This document shows positions 46,119 through 54,005 of a stretch of DNA of 64,000 bases, one piece after another. The notes beneath the pieces are model-generated. The model did not search any database. It was given only the letters and a program-made list of their open reading frames with translations, and was not told the origin of the DNA. This stretch comes from an uncultured Terriglobales bacterium (GTDB lineage Bacteria > Acidobacteriota > Terriglobia > Terriglobales > Acidobacteriaceae), in assembly GCA_955652395.1 (NCBI GenBank), contig CATPBJ010000100.1:497-64496 (forward strand), read 5' to 3'. The position numbers were made by a program, and so were the translations under genes. Position 1 is the first letter of the stretch, and every line of letters starts with the position of its first letter.

Positions 46119-46946
46119 CTATTCTTTCAGTTCCACGTGCTCTACATCCTCGATCGGACCGCCCAGAAATTGGGCGCCCAGGCGGCGAAATTTTTCCACT
46201 GAATCGGTCACAAAGAATTTCAGGCGAGGCACTCGGCGGCGTTCTGTTTCAGAAGAAGGATTTGGCAGTCCTTGACGGAGTAACTGGCCGACTACGCGGG
46301 CCGTGGAATCGGCAGAATCGACGATGGTGACACGACGTGGCACCAGCCGGTCCAGCAGCGGTTTCAGCAGGGGATAGTGGGTGCAGCCCAGCACCAGGAT
46401 GTCCGCAGCCTCGAAGTCGCCGACGAACGCCTGATCGAGATAGATCCGGGCTACCTGTTCGGTGACCGAGTGTTCCGCCCATCCTTCTTCAACCAACGGC
46501 ACGAATAGGGGGCAAGCCTTCTCTGTGGCCTCAATGCCGTGACCCTGCAAAGCCTTCGCGTAGGCATGGCTGCTCACCGTAGCCTCAGTGCCAATGACCA
46601 CCACGCGGCGAGTCTGGCTGGCCGCGGCGGCGCGAGCAGCGCCGGGCTCCACGACGCCCACCACCGGAACGCTGGAAGCTTGCTCAATCCGGTCGAGAGC
46701 CAGCGCAGTCGCTGTGTTGCAGGCGATGATCAGCATATGGGCGCCGTGTTGCTCGAGATACTGCGCCGCGCCGATAGCGTACTTGGCAACGGTCTCGGCC
46801 GACTTTGCGCCGTACGGAAGCCGCGCCGTGTCCCCGAAGTAGATGTAGTCGGCCTCGGGCGCAAGCGCGACCAGTTCCTTGAGGACAGTCAGCCCGCCAA
46901 AGCCCGAATCGAACACACCGATGCAGGGTCGTCGAGTGGTCGTCAT
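46119..46946 (-). CDS. murI: glutamate racemase
   Basis: 275 aa from the ATG at 46946. Motifs are IGVFDSGFGGLTV, ACNTA and GCTHYP. Confidence 0.92.
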   Translation of the reverse strand: MTTTRRPCIGVFDSGFGGLTVLKELVALAPEADYIYFGDTARLPYGAKSAETVAKYAIGAAQYLEQHGAHMLIIACNTATALALDRIEQASSVPVVGVVEPGAARAAAASQTRRVVVIGTEATVSSHAYAKALQGHGIEATEKACPLFVPLVEEGWAEHSVTEQVARIYLDQAFVGDFEAADILVLGCTHYPLLKPLLDRLVPRRVTIVDSADSTARVVGQLLRQGLPNPSSETERRRVPRLKFFVTDSVEKFRRLGAQFLGGPIEDVEHVELKE

Positions 46947-47053
46947 GATGGAGTCATGGAACGAAGGAACATCATAACGGCGCATTGCGGTTTTGCGCCG
47001 ACAATCCGCCGCAGCCTGCGAAATCCCAATGGTTTCGCCGGACAACACCGGGC

Positions 47054-48280
47054 CTACGTGTAGCGCGATGCCTGCATCTGCTGTTGTGTCCGCGACGGCA
47101 GATTACGCTCACAGCAAGGTCCGAGCGGGATGGGCGCACCGTGGGGACAAGTGCGGGGATGACCGAGGAAGCTGCAAATCTTGTCGGTAGCTTCGGGCGA
47201 GAGAATGTGCTCGAATTTGCAGGCCTGCTGCTCGATCTCTGATTCGCTGTCGAGAGCCAGGCTGTCGGTGAAAAGCCGCTCGGCCAGGCGATGGCGGCGG
47301 ATGATGTCGGCGGCGCGCAAGCGGCCGCGCGGGGTGAATTCCACGATCATGCTGCCGTCGCCTGTGGACACTCCGGAAGGCTTGAGCGCATCGTGGCACG
47401 GGTTCACGAACGGCTTGTGATTGTGGACTTCCGGCGGATGCGGTCGGGTGGTGAGCAGACCCAGAGCAGTCATCTTCTCGACCGCGATACTTACCGGCAG
47501 AGCGCCATGAACTTCCATGCGCTCGATTTCGGCAATCTCTCCGTGCTCCTCGACCGCCCAGAGTTCTTCGAGGACTTCGTCGAACTGCTCCTCGTCAGCC
47601 ATAGCGAAGACTTCCTGATCGGCAATCTTGCCGTGATGCAATTCAATGCGGCGATCCGCCAGGCGGGCGACGACCGGGTCGTGGGTGACCATCACGATGG
47701 TGCGTCCCTGGCGGTGCAGCTCGCGCAGCAGGCGTAGGACAATCTCTTCGTTGACCGCGTCCAGATTCCCGGTGGGCTCATCGGCCAGAACAATTTTGGG
47801 GTCATTGATCAGGGCGCGAGCGATGCAAACCCGTTGCTGCTCCCCGCCGGAGAGATGGGCCGGTAGATGCCAAGCACGGTCTTTCAATCCGACGTGGGCC
47901 AGCGCCGCGAGTGCTTCCGGCTCGTCGGTCATGCTGTGAAAGTATTGCGCCAGCATGACGTTTTCGAGCGCGGTGAGGTAGGGAATCAGGTGGAATTGCT
48001 GAAAGATAAAGCCGACTTTTTCCGCCCTGGCGCGGTTCAAGTCCTGCGTGGAAATCCTGGCGACGTCTTCGCCGTCGAGCCAGATTTCACCTGAAGCGGG
48101 ACGATCGAGGCATCCAATCAGGTTGACCAGGGTGGACTTCCCGGAACCGGAGGGGCCCATAACGGCCAGCCACTCGCCGGGTGCAACCTCGAGAGAAACG
48201 TCGTCCAGGGCACGAATGATACCGGCATTGGTCTCGGCCTGGGCCGGATAAAGGCGGGTGACATGGCTGAGCTTGATCAT
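47054..48280 (-). CDS. ABC transporter ATP-binding protein (MacB/LolD-like) fused to a DtxR/MntR-family metal-dependent regulator module
   Basis: 408 aa. The N-terminal 225 aa carry Walker A GPSGSGKST, signature LSGGEQQR, Walker B ILADEPTGNLD and H-loop VTHD. The C-terminal 180 aa carry a wHTH-like EVLEELWAVEEHGE...MTALGLL, then IRRHRLAERLFTD...ACKFEHILSPE...GHPRTCPHGAPIP (the DtxR metal-binding/dimerisation signature). Confidence 0.85.
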   Translation of the reverse strand: MIKLSHVTRLYPAQAETNAGIIRALDDVSLEVAPGEWLAVMGPSGSGKSTLVNLIGCLDRPASGEIWLDGEDVARISTQDLNRARAEKVGFIFQQFHLIPYLTALENVMLAQYFHSMTDEPEALAALAHVGLKDRAWHLPAHLSGGEQQRVCIARALINDPKIVLADEPTGNLDAVNEEIVLRLLRELHRQGRTIVMVTHDPVVARLADRRIELHHGKIADQEVFAMADEEQFDEVLEELWAVEEHGEIAEIERMEVHGALPVSIAVEKMTALGLLTTRPHPPEVHNHKPFVNPCHDALKPSGVSTGDGSMIVEFTPRGRLRAADIIRRHRLAERLFTDSLALDSESEIEQQACKFEHILSPEATDKICSFLGHPRTCPHGAPIPLGPCCERNLPSRTQQQMQASRYT

Positions 48281-48281
48281 G

Positions 48282-49430
48282 TCATTCTCCCCTCAGGATG
48301 TTAGCAGGTTGAACCCGCCGGAGCAGCGATATTGGCACAATCGCGGCGATGAGGGCGATAACTATCCCGCCTACCAGAACCACCGGCAGGACGCCGACGC
48401 GCGGACTGACTGGGGCGTGAAAATTCACGCGACCGATCCAGATGGCGACTCCAACTCCGATGGCAAAGCCCAAGGTCGAGCCAATCGCGCCCAGGGCTGC
48501 GGCTTCGGCGGCGAAGAACCCTTGCAGCATCTTGCCGGAAGCTCCCAAGGCCTTCATGAGGGCAAAGTCGCGACGTCGATCCGAGACCCATCCCATTAGG
48601 GTGGAGAGCACACAAACCGCGGCGGTGAAAATGATGAGAATGGCAGCGACGAGGAGTGTGGTCCGCATTTTACCCAACACGTTAGCCTCGCCCTCCGTGA
48701 CCTGCCGCACGGGGTGGACGTCGGCTGCGGGAAGGGCGCGTCCAAGGCGCTGGACGGTGGCGATCACCTCTTCCGGCGCGCCCGAGGCTGATATCTCAAC
48801 CGTCGAATACGGTAAATGGGTCCAGTCGGTGAAATCGCCGAGCGATACATAGACACGACTATCTTCGGCGGCTCCAGTCTTTAGTACGCCGACTGGATTC
48901 AGCCGAACCGTGCGACCCTGAAAGCTTAGGTCGAACGGCCTGCCCGGCGGGCCGATAACACTGACGGCGCGAGTGCCAATGAGTGCATCGTGGAACGCTT
49001 TCGGCCAACGAGTCACTGACCACCAGGTGCGGTCCAGCTTCTGCACCCGATCGAGATCCGTTCCGGCGACGACCACCGAACGCCCATCGGGGGTGCGAGC
49101 CACGGCATACGCGAAGGGAACAGCGATGCCGCTGCCTAACACCGATCCGATTGTCTCCAGAGTATCGGCCGGCAGGCTCTGTCCGTCCTTAACGACTACC
49201 ACGACGTTGGCGCCATACTTGCGAAATTCGCGACGCAGCTTGGCCTGGACGTCCAAGGAGAGGTTCAGCATCGCTGTGGCCACGGCAGCAGCCACCACCA
49301 TCGCCAGCAGGGCCGAGGCGGCGCGGCCACGCCGCAGGACGGCGGCACGCACCAGCATGCGCAGGAACATCGAGGTGTGGGGCGCAGCCGAGCGGCGCCG
49401 GGCGACGTGGCTGGTGTCAACCGAGTTCAC
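48282..49430 (-). CDS. ABC transporter permease, FtsX/MacB-like
   Basis: 382 aa. TM1 is followed by a large periplasmic domain and three C-terminal TMs (FtsX fold). The GTG start overlaps the upstream stop (GTGA); the alternative is Met21 at 49370. Confidence 0.85.
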   Translation of the reverse strand: MNSVDTSHVARRRSAAPHTSMFLRMLVRAAVLRRGRAASALLAMVVAAAVATAMLNLSLDVQAKLRREFRKYGANVVVVVKDGQSLPADTLETIGSVLGSGIAVPFAYAVARTPDGRSVVVAGTDLDRVQKLDRTWWSVTRWPKAFHDALIGTRAVSVIGPPGRPFDLSFQGRTVRLNPVGVLKTGAAEDSRVYVSLGDFTDWTHLPYSTVEISASGAPEEVIATVQRLGRALPAADVHPVRQVTEGEANVLGKMRTTLLVAAILIIFTAAVCVLSTLMGWVSDRRRDFALMKALGASGKMLQGFFAAEAAALGAIGSTLGFAIGVGVAIWIGRVNFHAPVSPRVGVLPVVLVGGIVIALIAAIVPISLLRRVQPANILRGE

Positions 49431-50683
49431 ACATCACCTCGCAGCGCGTACACCGGATCAAATTTTACCGCCCGCCGGATCGCAGCGGCACTGCCGGCAA
49501 ACGTCACCAGCACGGCGATGGTCAGAATGACGGGCAAGAGCACAGGCTGGACGGCAATCTGCGAGTCGAAGATGGAATGTCCGATCTGGCGAGCCAGGAG
49601 CGCGCCTCCGCCGAAGCCTACCGCTCCGGCCAGCAAGGCCAGCAGCGTACCCTCGGCAAAAAACAATGCGGCCACCGCCAGATTGCCGGCGCCCAGAGCT
49701 TTCATCAACCCAACTTCGCTGCGCCGTTCAATAACCGCCGTCGCCATGGAAGCTGAAACTGCCAGCGCGGAGGCCAGCAATGCCGCGAGCGTAATCAGGA
49801 GCATGAGTCCCTGAATGCGGGAGAGTACGGTGCCCTCGTTCTGCGCCACCTGACGAATCTGCTCGGCGTGCGAGTGCGGGATGGCCTCTTGCAACTGAAA
49901 TGCGATGGACTGCGCATAAGGAGAGCAGTACCAGCGGTCGTACATCGCAGGGGATAGGCTTTTCGGATCGCGGCGGGCAAAAGCATCCTCGGGCTTGGTC
50001 ACGGCGCTGACATAGATGCGGCGTACGGCACCGGGCTTGCCGAGCATCTGCTGCGCCAGGGCAAGCGGAGCAACGATCTGATCATCTTCGGCTCCACCGG
50101 TCGAGAGAATCCCTGAAATCCGGCGCGACCTGCCCGCGATCTCAATTTCCTGGCCAGGCGACTTGTTGAGCCTTGCCGCCAGATGATCGCCGAGGAGAAC
50201 GTCCTCCGAGTGATCGTCGGGCCAGGTACCCTGCACTTTCCACCAGGGATGCGTGGTACGAACGCCGGTGACGAAATCCTGCTGTCCGAATACCACACGC
50301 CGGGAGAAGTATGTTCCAAGCAGAGTCAGTTTCTTTTCATCGCCCAGTGTGACGCTAACCGGCAACATGGGAGAGAAGCCTACGATGTTGTTGCGCCAGA
50401 ACATGCCTTTGATCTTCGGCAGATCCGCTTCGTTCAGGTACGCGCCGTCGCTGGGTGGCTTCAGATTCACGCCGCCAATCTCGACGTCCAGCGTGTCTTC
50501 CTGGGGAGTGACAATCAGGTTGGCGCCGTAGGTACGCAACTCGCGGCTGATCTTGTCGCCGATATCTGTGGCGACGGCGATCATGGCGGTGGCCACGCCC
50601 ACGCCCAGCATGATGGCGACCCCGGCCAGCAGCTTGCGCCGCTTCTGCCGCCGGAAGGACTCATAAAGTAGGCGCAAGAACAT
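49427..50683 (-). CDS. ABC transporter permease, FtsX/MacB-like
   Basis: 418 aa with the same architecture (MFLRLLYESFRRQKRRKLLAG..., periplasmic domain, C-terminal FtsX TMs). Confidence 0.85.
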   Translation of the reverse strand: MFLRLLYESFRRQKRRKLLAGVAIMLGVGVATAMIAVATDIGDKISRELRTYGANLIVTPQEDTLDVEIGGVNLKPPSDGAYLNEADLPKIKGMFWRNNIVGFSPMLPVSVTLGDEKKLTLLGTYFSRRVVFGQQDFVTGVRTTHPWWKVQGTWPDDHSEDVLLGDHLAARLNKSPGQEIEIAGRSRRISGILSTGGAEDDQIVAPLALAQQMLGKPGAVRRIYVSAVTKPEDAFARRDPKSLSPAMYDRWYCSPYAQSIAFQLQEAIPHSHAEQIRQVAQNEGTVLSRIQGLMLLITLAALLASALAVSASMATAVIERRSEVGLMKALGAGNLAVAALFFAEGTLLALLAGAVGFGGGALLARQIGHSIFDSQIAVQPVLLPVILTIAVLVTFAGSAAAIRRAVKFDPVYALRGDV

Positions 50684-50687
50684 GGGT

Positions 50688-51935
50688 TTATGGTTGGAAA
50701 ATGTGGGTGCCCGCCGCGATGTCGGCCTCCCGAATGATGACCGCGTCGGCGGTCTGTTCAGCGCGCAGCGGAATCGGGTTGCAGCCGCCCGTCATGCCCA
50801 CTGATTGCCCGTTGATCGGCGCGGCACAGTTCTTACAAACCACGCCGTTCGGCCCTTTGTAAAAGCCTACAGGTCCGCAAATCTGGCAAGCGTCAAATAC
50901 CGTGGCAACTTTGCCGTCGGTCTTCTTGTAGAGCCAGAAGCGAACCCCAACCCCATTTTCTCTGGCCTCGAAGCGATGAAGATCGCCATCAGCGACCTGA
51001 GCCAACGGAATACTCACCTGCCCATTCTGGAAGGTCACTTCGGTCGCGGGCGATAGCGCGCTTACGCTCTTGGCGTAGATGAATTCTGCGGTCACCATCA
51101 GGATGAACAAGAACGAACTGGCATAGACCGAAACCATCCACAGACGTTCGCGGCGGGCACTCCACAGAGCCTTGCGGCGCTCGGCCGGAGAATCGGGAAG
51201 GGCAGCGGGCTGCCGGCGCTTGACCTCAAACAACACCATCAGCGCGGCCAGAGCCACGATCGTGACGAAAAAGAACAAGTCGTTGCGTACGATGGGGCCG
51301 ATCAGGGCCATCTCCTCGCGCGAGGAGGGAAGCACGCCGTTTTCAGAAAGCTCGTGCAGGCCGGAGATGATTAACTGCGCCGCCACAAAGAACAGAATGG
51401 CGGTCGTGACCCGGAAGAATTTCTGCAGATTGATGCGCACGCTGCCCTTGACGAACATCACGCCAAAGACGATGGCCACGATGACGCCCGACAAGGTGCC
51501 GAGGAAGCTGAGCAGCGCCGTGGAGTTCAGCGATACCGCTCCCAGGATGAGGACGGTTTCCACACCCTCGCGCAGAACCATCAGAAAGACGAATAGAAAG
51601 AGACCAAATCTGGCATTGCGCCCGGCCAGGAGGCTCACTTTGCCTTCAATCTGTCCCTTGAGCGCGCGTCCCGTCTTCATCATGAAAACAATCATGGTGA
51701 CGACGAAGAAGGCGGCCATCAGCATGATCCAGCCTTCGAAGATGTCCTGATTCCATTGCGTCCGCGAAAGCAGGATGGCGATCCCGATGCTGCCGACAAA
51801 TGCGGCAACCAGGGCGGTGAAAACGGATTTGCGCAGTTCAGGCCGCTCAATCTTGGTCAGATAGGCCAGGGTGATGCCAACGATGAGCGCGGCTTCGACC
51901 CCCTCGCGCAAAGTTATGATGAATGCTTGCAACAT
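50688..51935 (-). CDS. FTR1/EfeU-type iron permease fused to a DUF2318-like Cys-rich domain
   Basis: 415 aa from the ATG at 51935. It has two REGVE motifs (TLREGVEAALIVG, VLREGVETVLILG) in a 6-7 TM N-terminal part. The C-terminal roughly 130 aa carry CQICG...CKNCAAP...GGCNPIP. The ORF-track start at 51971 is only a TTG inside the upstream palindrome. Confidence 0.8.
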   Translation of the reverse strand: MLQAFIITLREGVEAALIVGITLAYLTKIERPELRKSVFTALVAAFVGSIGIAILLSRTQWNQDIFEGWIMLMAAFFVVTMIVFMMKTGRALKGQIEGKVSLLAGRNARFGLFLFVFLMVLREGVETVLILGAVSLNSTALLSFLGTLSGVIVAIVFGVMFVKGSVRINLQKFFRVTTAILFFVAAQLIISGLHELSENGVLPSSREEMALIGPIVRNDLFFFVTIVALAALMVLFEVKRRQPAALPDSPAERRKALWSARRERLWMVSVYASSFLFILMVTAEFIYAKSVSALSPATEVTFQNGQVSIPLAQVADGDLHRFEARENGVGVRFWLYKKTDGKVATVFDACQICGPVGFYKGPNGVVCKNCAAPINGQSVGMTGGCNPIPLRAEQTADAVIIREADIAAGTHIFQP

Positions 51936-51953
51936 TTTGTGGAAAATCCCGTT

Positions 51954-51972
51954 ATTGCAACTGAGTTGCAAT
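51954..51972. promoter_or_regulatory. 19-bp perfect palindrome, candidate metalloregulator operator
   Basis: ATTGCAAC-TGA-GTTGCAAT has 8-bp perfect arms. It lies 19-37 nt upstream of the FTR1 ATG and downstream of the candidate -10 box. Confidence 0.45.
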
Positions 51973-51997
51973 TACTAGCTTTGGCATCGCTTCTGTA

Positions 51998-52027
51998 AGA
52001 ATAGTCTCCCCCTAGTGCAGGCGTCAA
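51998..52027 (-). promoter_or_regulatory. candidate sigma-70 promoter of the FTR1-ABC operon
   Basis: On the minus strand it reads TTGACG-18 nt-TATTCT. Confidence 0.35.
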
Positions 52028-52059
52028 CGGACGAACCTTTGGGAGTTGGGTTTCGCACC

Positions 52060-52170
52060 AGTGCGTTTGCGTCCTTTGCGGTCTTCGTTGGCGCACTTTG
52101 CGGTTAAAGGGTTTGATCTTGCTCTATAGCAAGCAAGATCTTTTGCCGCAAAGGGCGCAAAGGGCGCGAA
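52060..52170. repeat. REP-like palindromic element rich in CTTTGCGG / GCAAAGGGCGC units
   Basis: GCGCACTTTGCGGTTAAAGGGTTTGATCTTGC (52091-52122) pairs with GCAAGATCTTTTGCCGCAAAGGGCGC (52132-52157). Additional CTTTGCGG and GCAAAGGGCGC copies flank the pair. Confidence 0.65.
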
Positions 52171-52217
52171 GAAAAACCGGACGAACGAATTCAATCATTG
52201 CCGCCTGAAGACCAGCG

Positions 52218-52904
52218 CTACAGCTGCTTCAAAAATTGCTTTACTTCTTCCAGTTGCGGGAACAGTTTTTCTTCGGCCTGAAATTCCGCGGAGTGAACGC
52301 ACCTGCGGCTGCCTCGCAACCTTACCGGATACTTCAGATGCAGCATCTCGTGATACACGATGTACTCGACTGCAAAGCGGGGAACCCGGGGGTGGTCAAA
52401 GATTCGACTGACGACGATGGCATTGTGCGCAGGATCGTAATGGCCAAGGCTATTGCGGGTACAGTCGCGGCTCCAGGTCATTTGCGGGCGAGCCAGCAGG
52501 CCATGAAAAAACCTTAGGTTGAGATCCTCAAAAACGACTTTCAGGTCATAACTGTGGCCTTGGGCCGAATGGAGACGCTTGCGTCCGCGCATTTGGCGCA
52601 CCAGGTGAGCCTTCCGGCTGATGTTGCGGCTGGAAACGTAACGGTGGTAGCGGCTTGCGGCGTCGCGGTCAACCGGCTTGCGGTACATCTTGGCTACAAG
52701 GATGTGGGCGATGGCTTGCAAGACGGGTTCGGGGGCGCCTTCCAGCAGGTCTGAGAGCCGCACCAGCAGCCTGCCTTCGCGCATCCGGATGGTGTTCTTG
52801 ATGCTGGTGAAAGCAAAGAATTCAACCCTCAGCTCGGGGATGTCTGCATTGGGGCGGATCTCGCGGCAGGTTTCCTGGAAGATGTGGAGAAGGCTATGCC
52901 TCAC
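52218..52904 (-). CDS. YgjP/DUF45-like zinc metallohydrolase (HExxH)
   Basis: 228 aa with C-terminal YHEMLHLKYP...VHSAEFQAEEKLFP, matching the DUF45 pattern HExxH...HS..F...P. Confidence 0.65.
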   Translation of the reverse strand: MRHSLLHIFQETCREIRPNADIPELRVEFFAFTSIKNTIRMREGRLLVRLSDLLEGAPEPVLQAIAHILVAKMYRKPVDRDAASRYHRYVSSRNISRKAHLVRQMRGRKRLHSAQGHSYDLKVVFEDLNLRFFHGLLARPQMTWSRDCTRNSLGHYDPAHNAIVVSRIFDHPRVPRFAVEYIVYHEMLHLKYPVRLRGSRRCVHSAEFQAEEKLFPQLEEVKQFLKQL

Positions 52905-52983
52905 GTTGGAGGTAGATTAGCACGAGGAACGTTCTCCCGCGTGAGACCGCGGTGCATGCGAAATGAAAACTCGGCCTGCTGCT

Positions 52984-53529
52984 CTAAGGTTTTGCCGGCT
53001 TCTCCGACTTCTTATGCTTGAAAGCTTCTTCCTGTTCGCTCAAGAGCTGGCGGTGGTCCTGCACACTGCTATCCAAGGTATCGAGCGCGTTTGAAAGCAG
53101 GAACTGGTATTGTTCCGTCTCTTCCTTCTTGGCGGTGGCGTCGTCTCGCAGGGCCCGCAGCTTGGCCTGAAACTCGGTGTCGTCCTCAATGACCGTTTTC
53201 AGCACCTTGCGCAAGTCTGATTTGCGACCGACGTAGGTATCGATGTTGTCGTTCAATTCGTCATAAACGTCTAGGAAATCCTGCAGGCCATCGTGGGTCG
53301 CCAAACCGCGGTTAGCCGTCTTGGGATCGGACCGCGCCTGCTCGAGGGCCGCCAGCCGGGCGCGCGCAAACGTGACATACAGTTTGAGGCGGAGATCCGG
53401 ATCCATCGCGGTATCCCGCAACTGATCGATTTCCGGGGCGGTGAGCGGATCGCGTTTTTGCCCGGCCGCCGCCGGTGAAAGCAGGAGTAAAAGAGCGCAC
53501 CATGCGAAACTGACGCGAAGACAGGTCAT
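52984..53529 (-). CDS. secreted helical hypothetical protein
   Basis: 181 aa with a signal peptide (ALLLLLSPAAAGQ) and a charged helical body. Its start overlaps the upstream stop by 4 nt. Confidence 0.6.
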   Translation of the reverse strand: MTCLRVSFAWCALLLLLSPAAAGQKRDPLTAPEIDQLRDTAMDPDLRLKLYVTFARARLAALEQARSDPKTANRGLATHDGLQDFLDVYDELNDNIDTYVGRKSDLRKVLKTVIEDDTEFQAKLRALRDDATAKKEETEQYQFLLSNALDTLDSSVQDHRQLLSEQEEAFKHKKSEKPAKP

Positions 53530-54002
53530 TTACTTCTCTTTTTTCCAAACATGGCCGAGAGCAGGTCGGTCCGCATCTTTTCCAGTTCATCGACCGTCTG
53601 CTGAATCGGGGCCTGATCGTCAAAGGCAAGGGTACGTTTGATATCGCGAAACTTCTCCGCCATCTTGCGCAGTGTAATTTCGGTGTTCTTTAATTTCTTT
53701 CCAGTATTAATCGAGCCATCCGTGGCCTTCTTGGAAAAGGTCACCACATCCTGCAGGGCAGCGTTGCCTGCTTCTGTGTTGCCTTCTTTGTATAGCGTGT
53801 CGGCTGTTTCTGCCTTCTGCCGGGCGATCTCGAGATAGAGGGCCGGGCGATCCTCCGGGCGGGCCGATTCGGCTCGGGCAATGAGCTGATTAAGGGTCTC
53901 GTCTTTGGCTGCGAATGCGGGTGGTGCGACCGCAGCCAGTGCGAATGCGGCCAGGAAAGCCGCGACCAGGAGCATGAGAATCGATACCCGAATGCGCATC
54001 AT
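53526..54002 (-). CDS. secreted helical hypothetical protein
   Basis: 158 aa with a signal peptide (LLVAAFLAAFALAAVAPPAFA) and a charged helical body. It starts 3 nt after the TPR gene. Confidence 0.6.
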   Translation of the reverse strand: MMRIRVSILMLLVAAFLAAFALAAVAPPAFAAKDETLNQLIARAESARPEDRPALYLEIARQKAETADTLYKEGNTEAGNAALQDVVTFSKKATDGSINTGKKLKNTEITLRKMAEKFRDIKRTLAFDDQAPIQQTVDELEKMRTDLLSAMFGKKRSK

Positions 54003-54005
54003 GGG

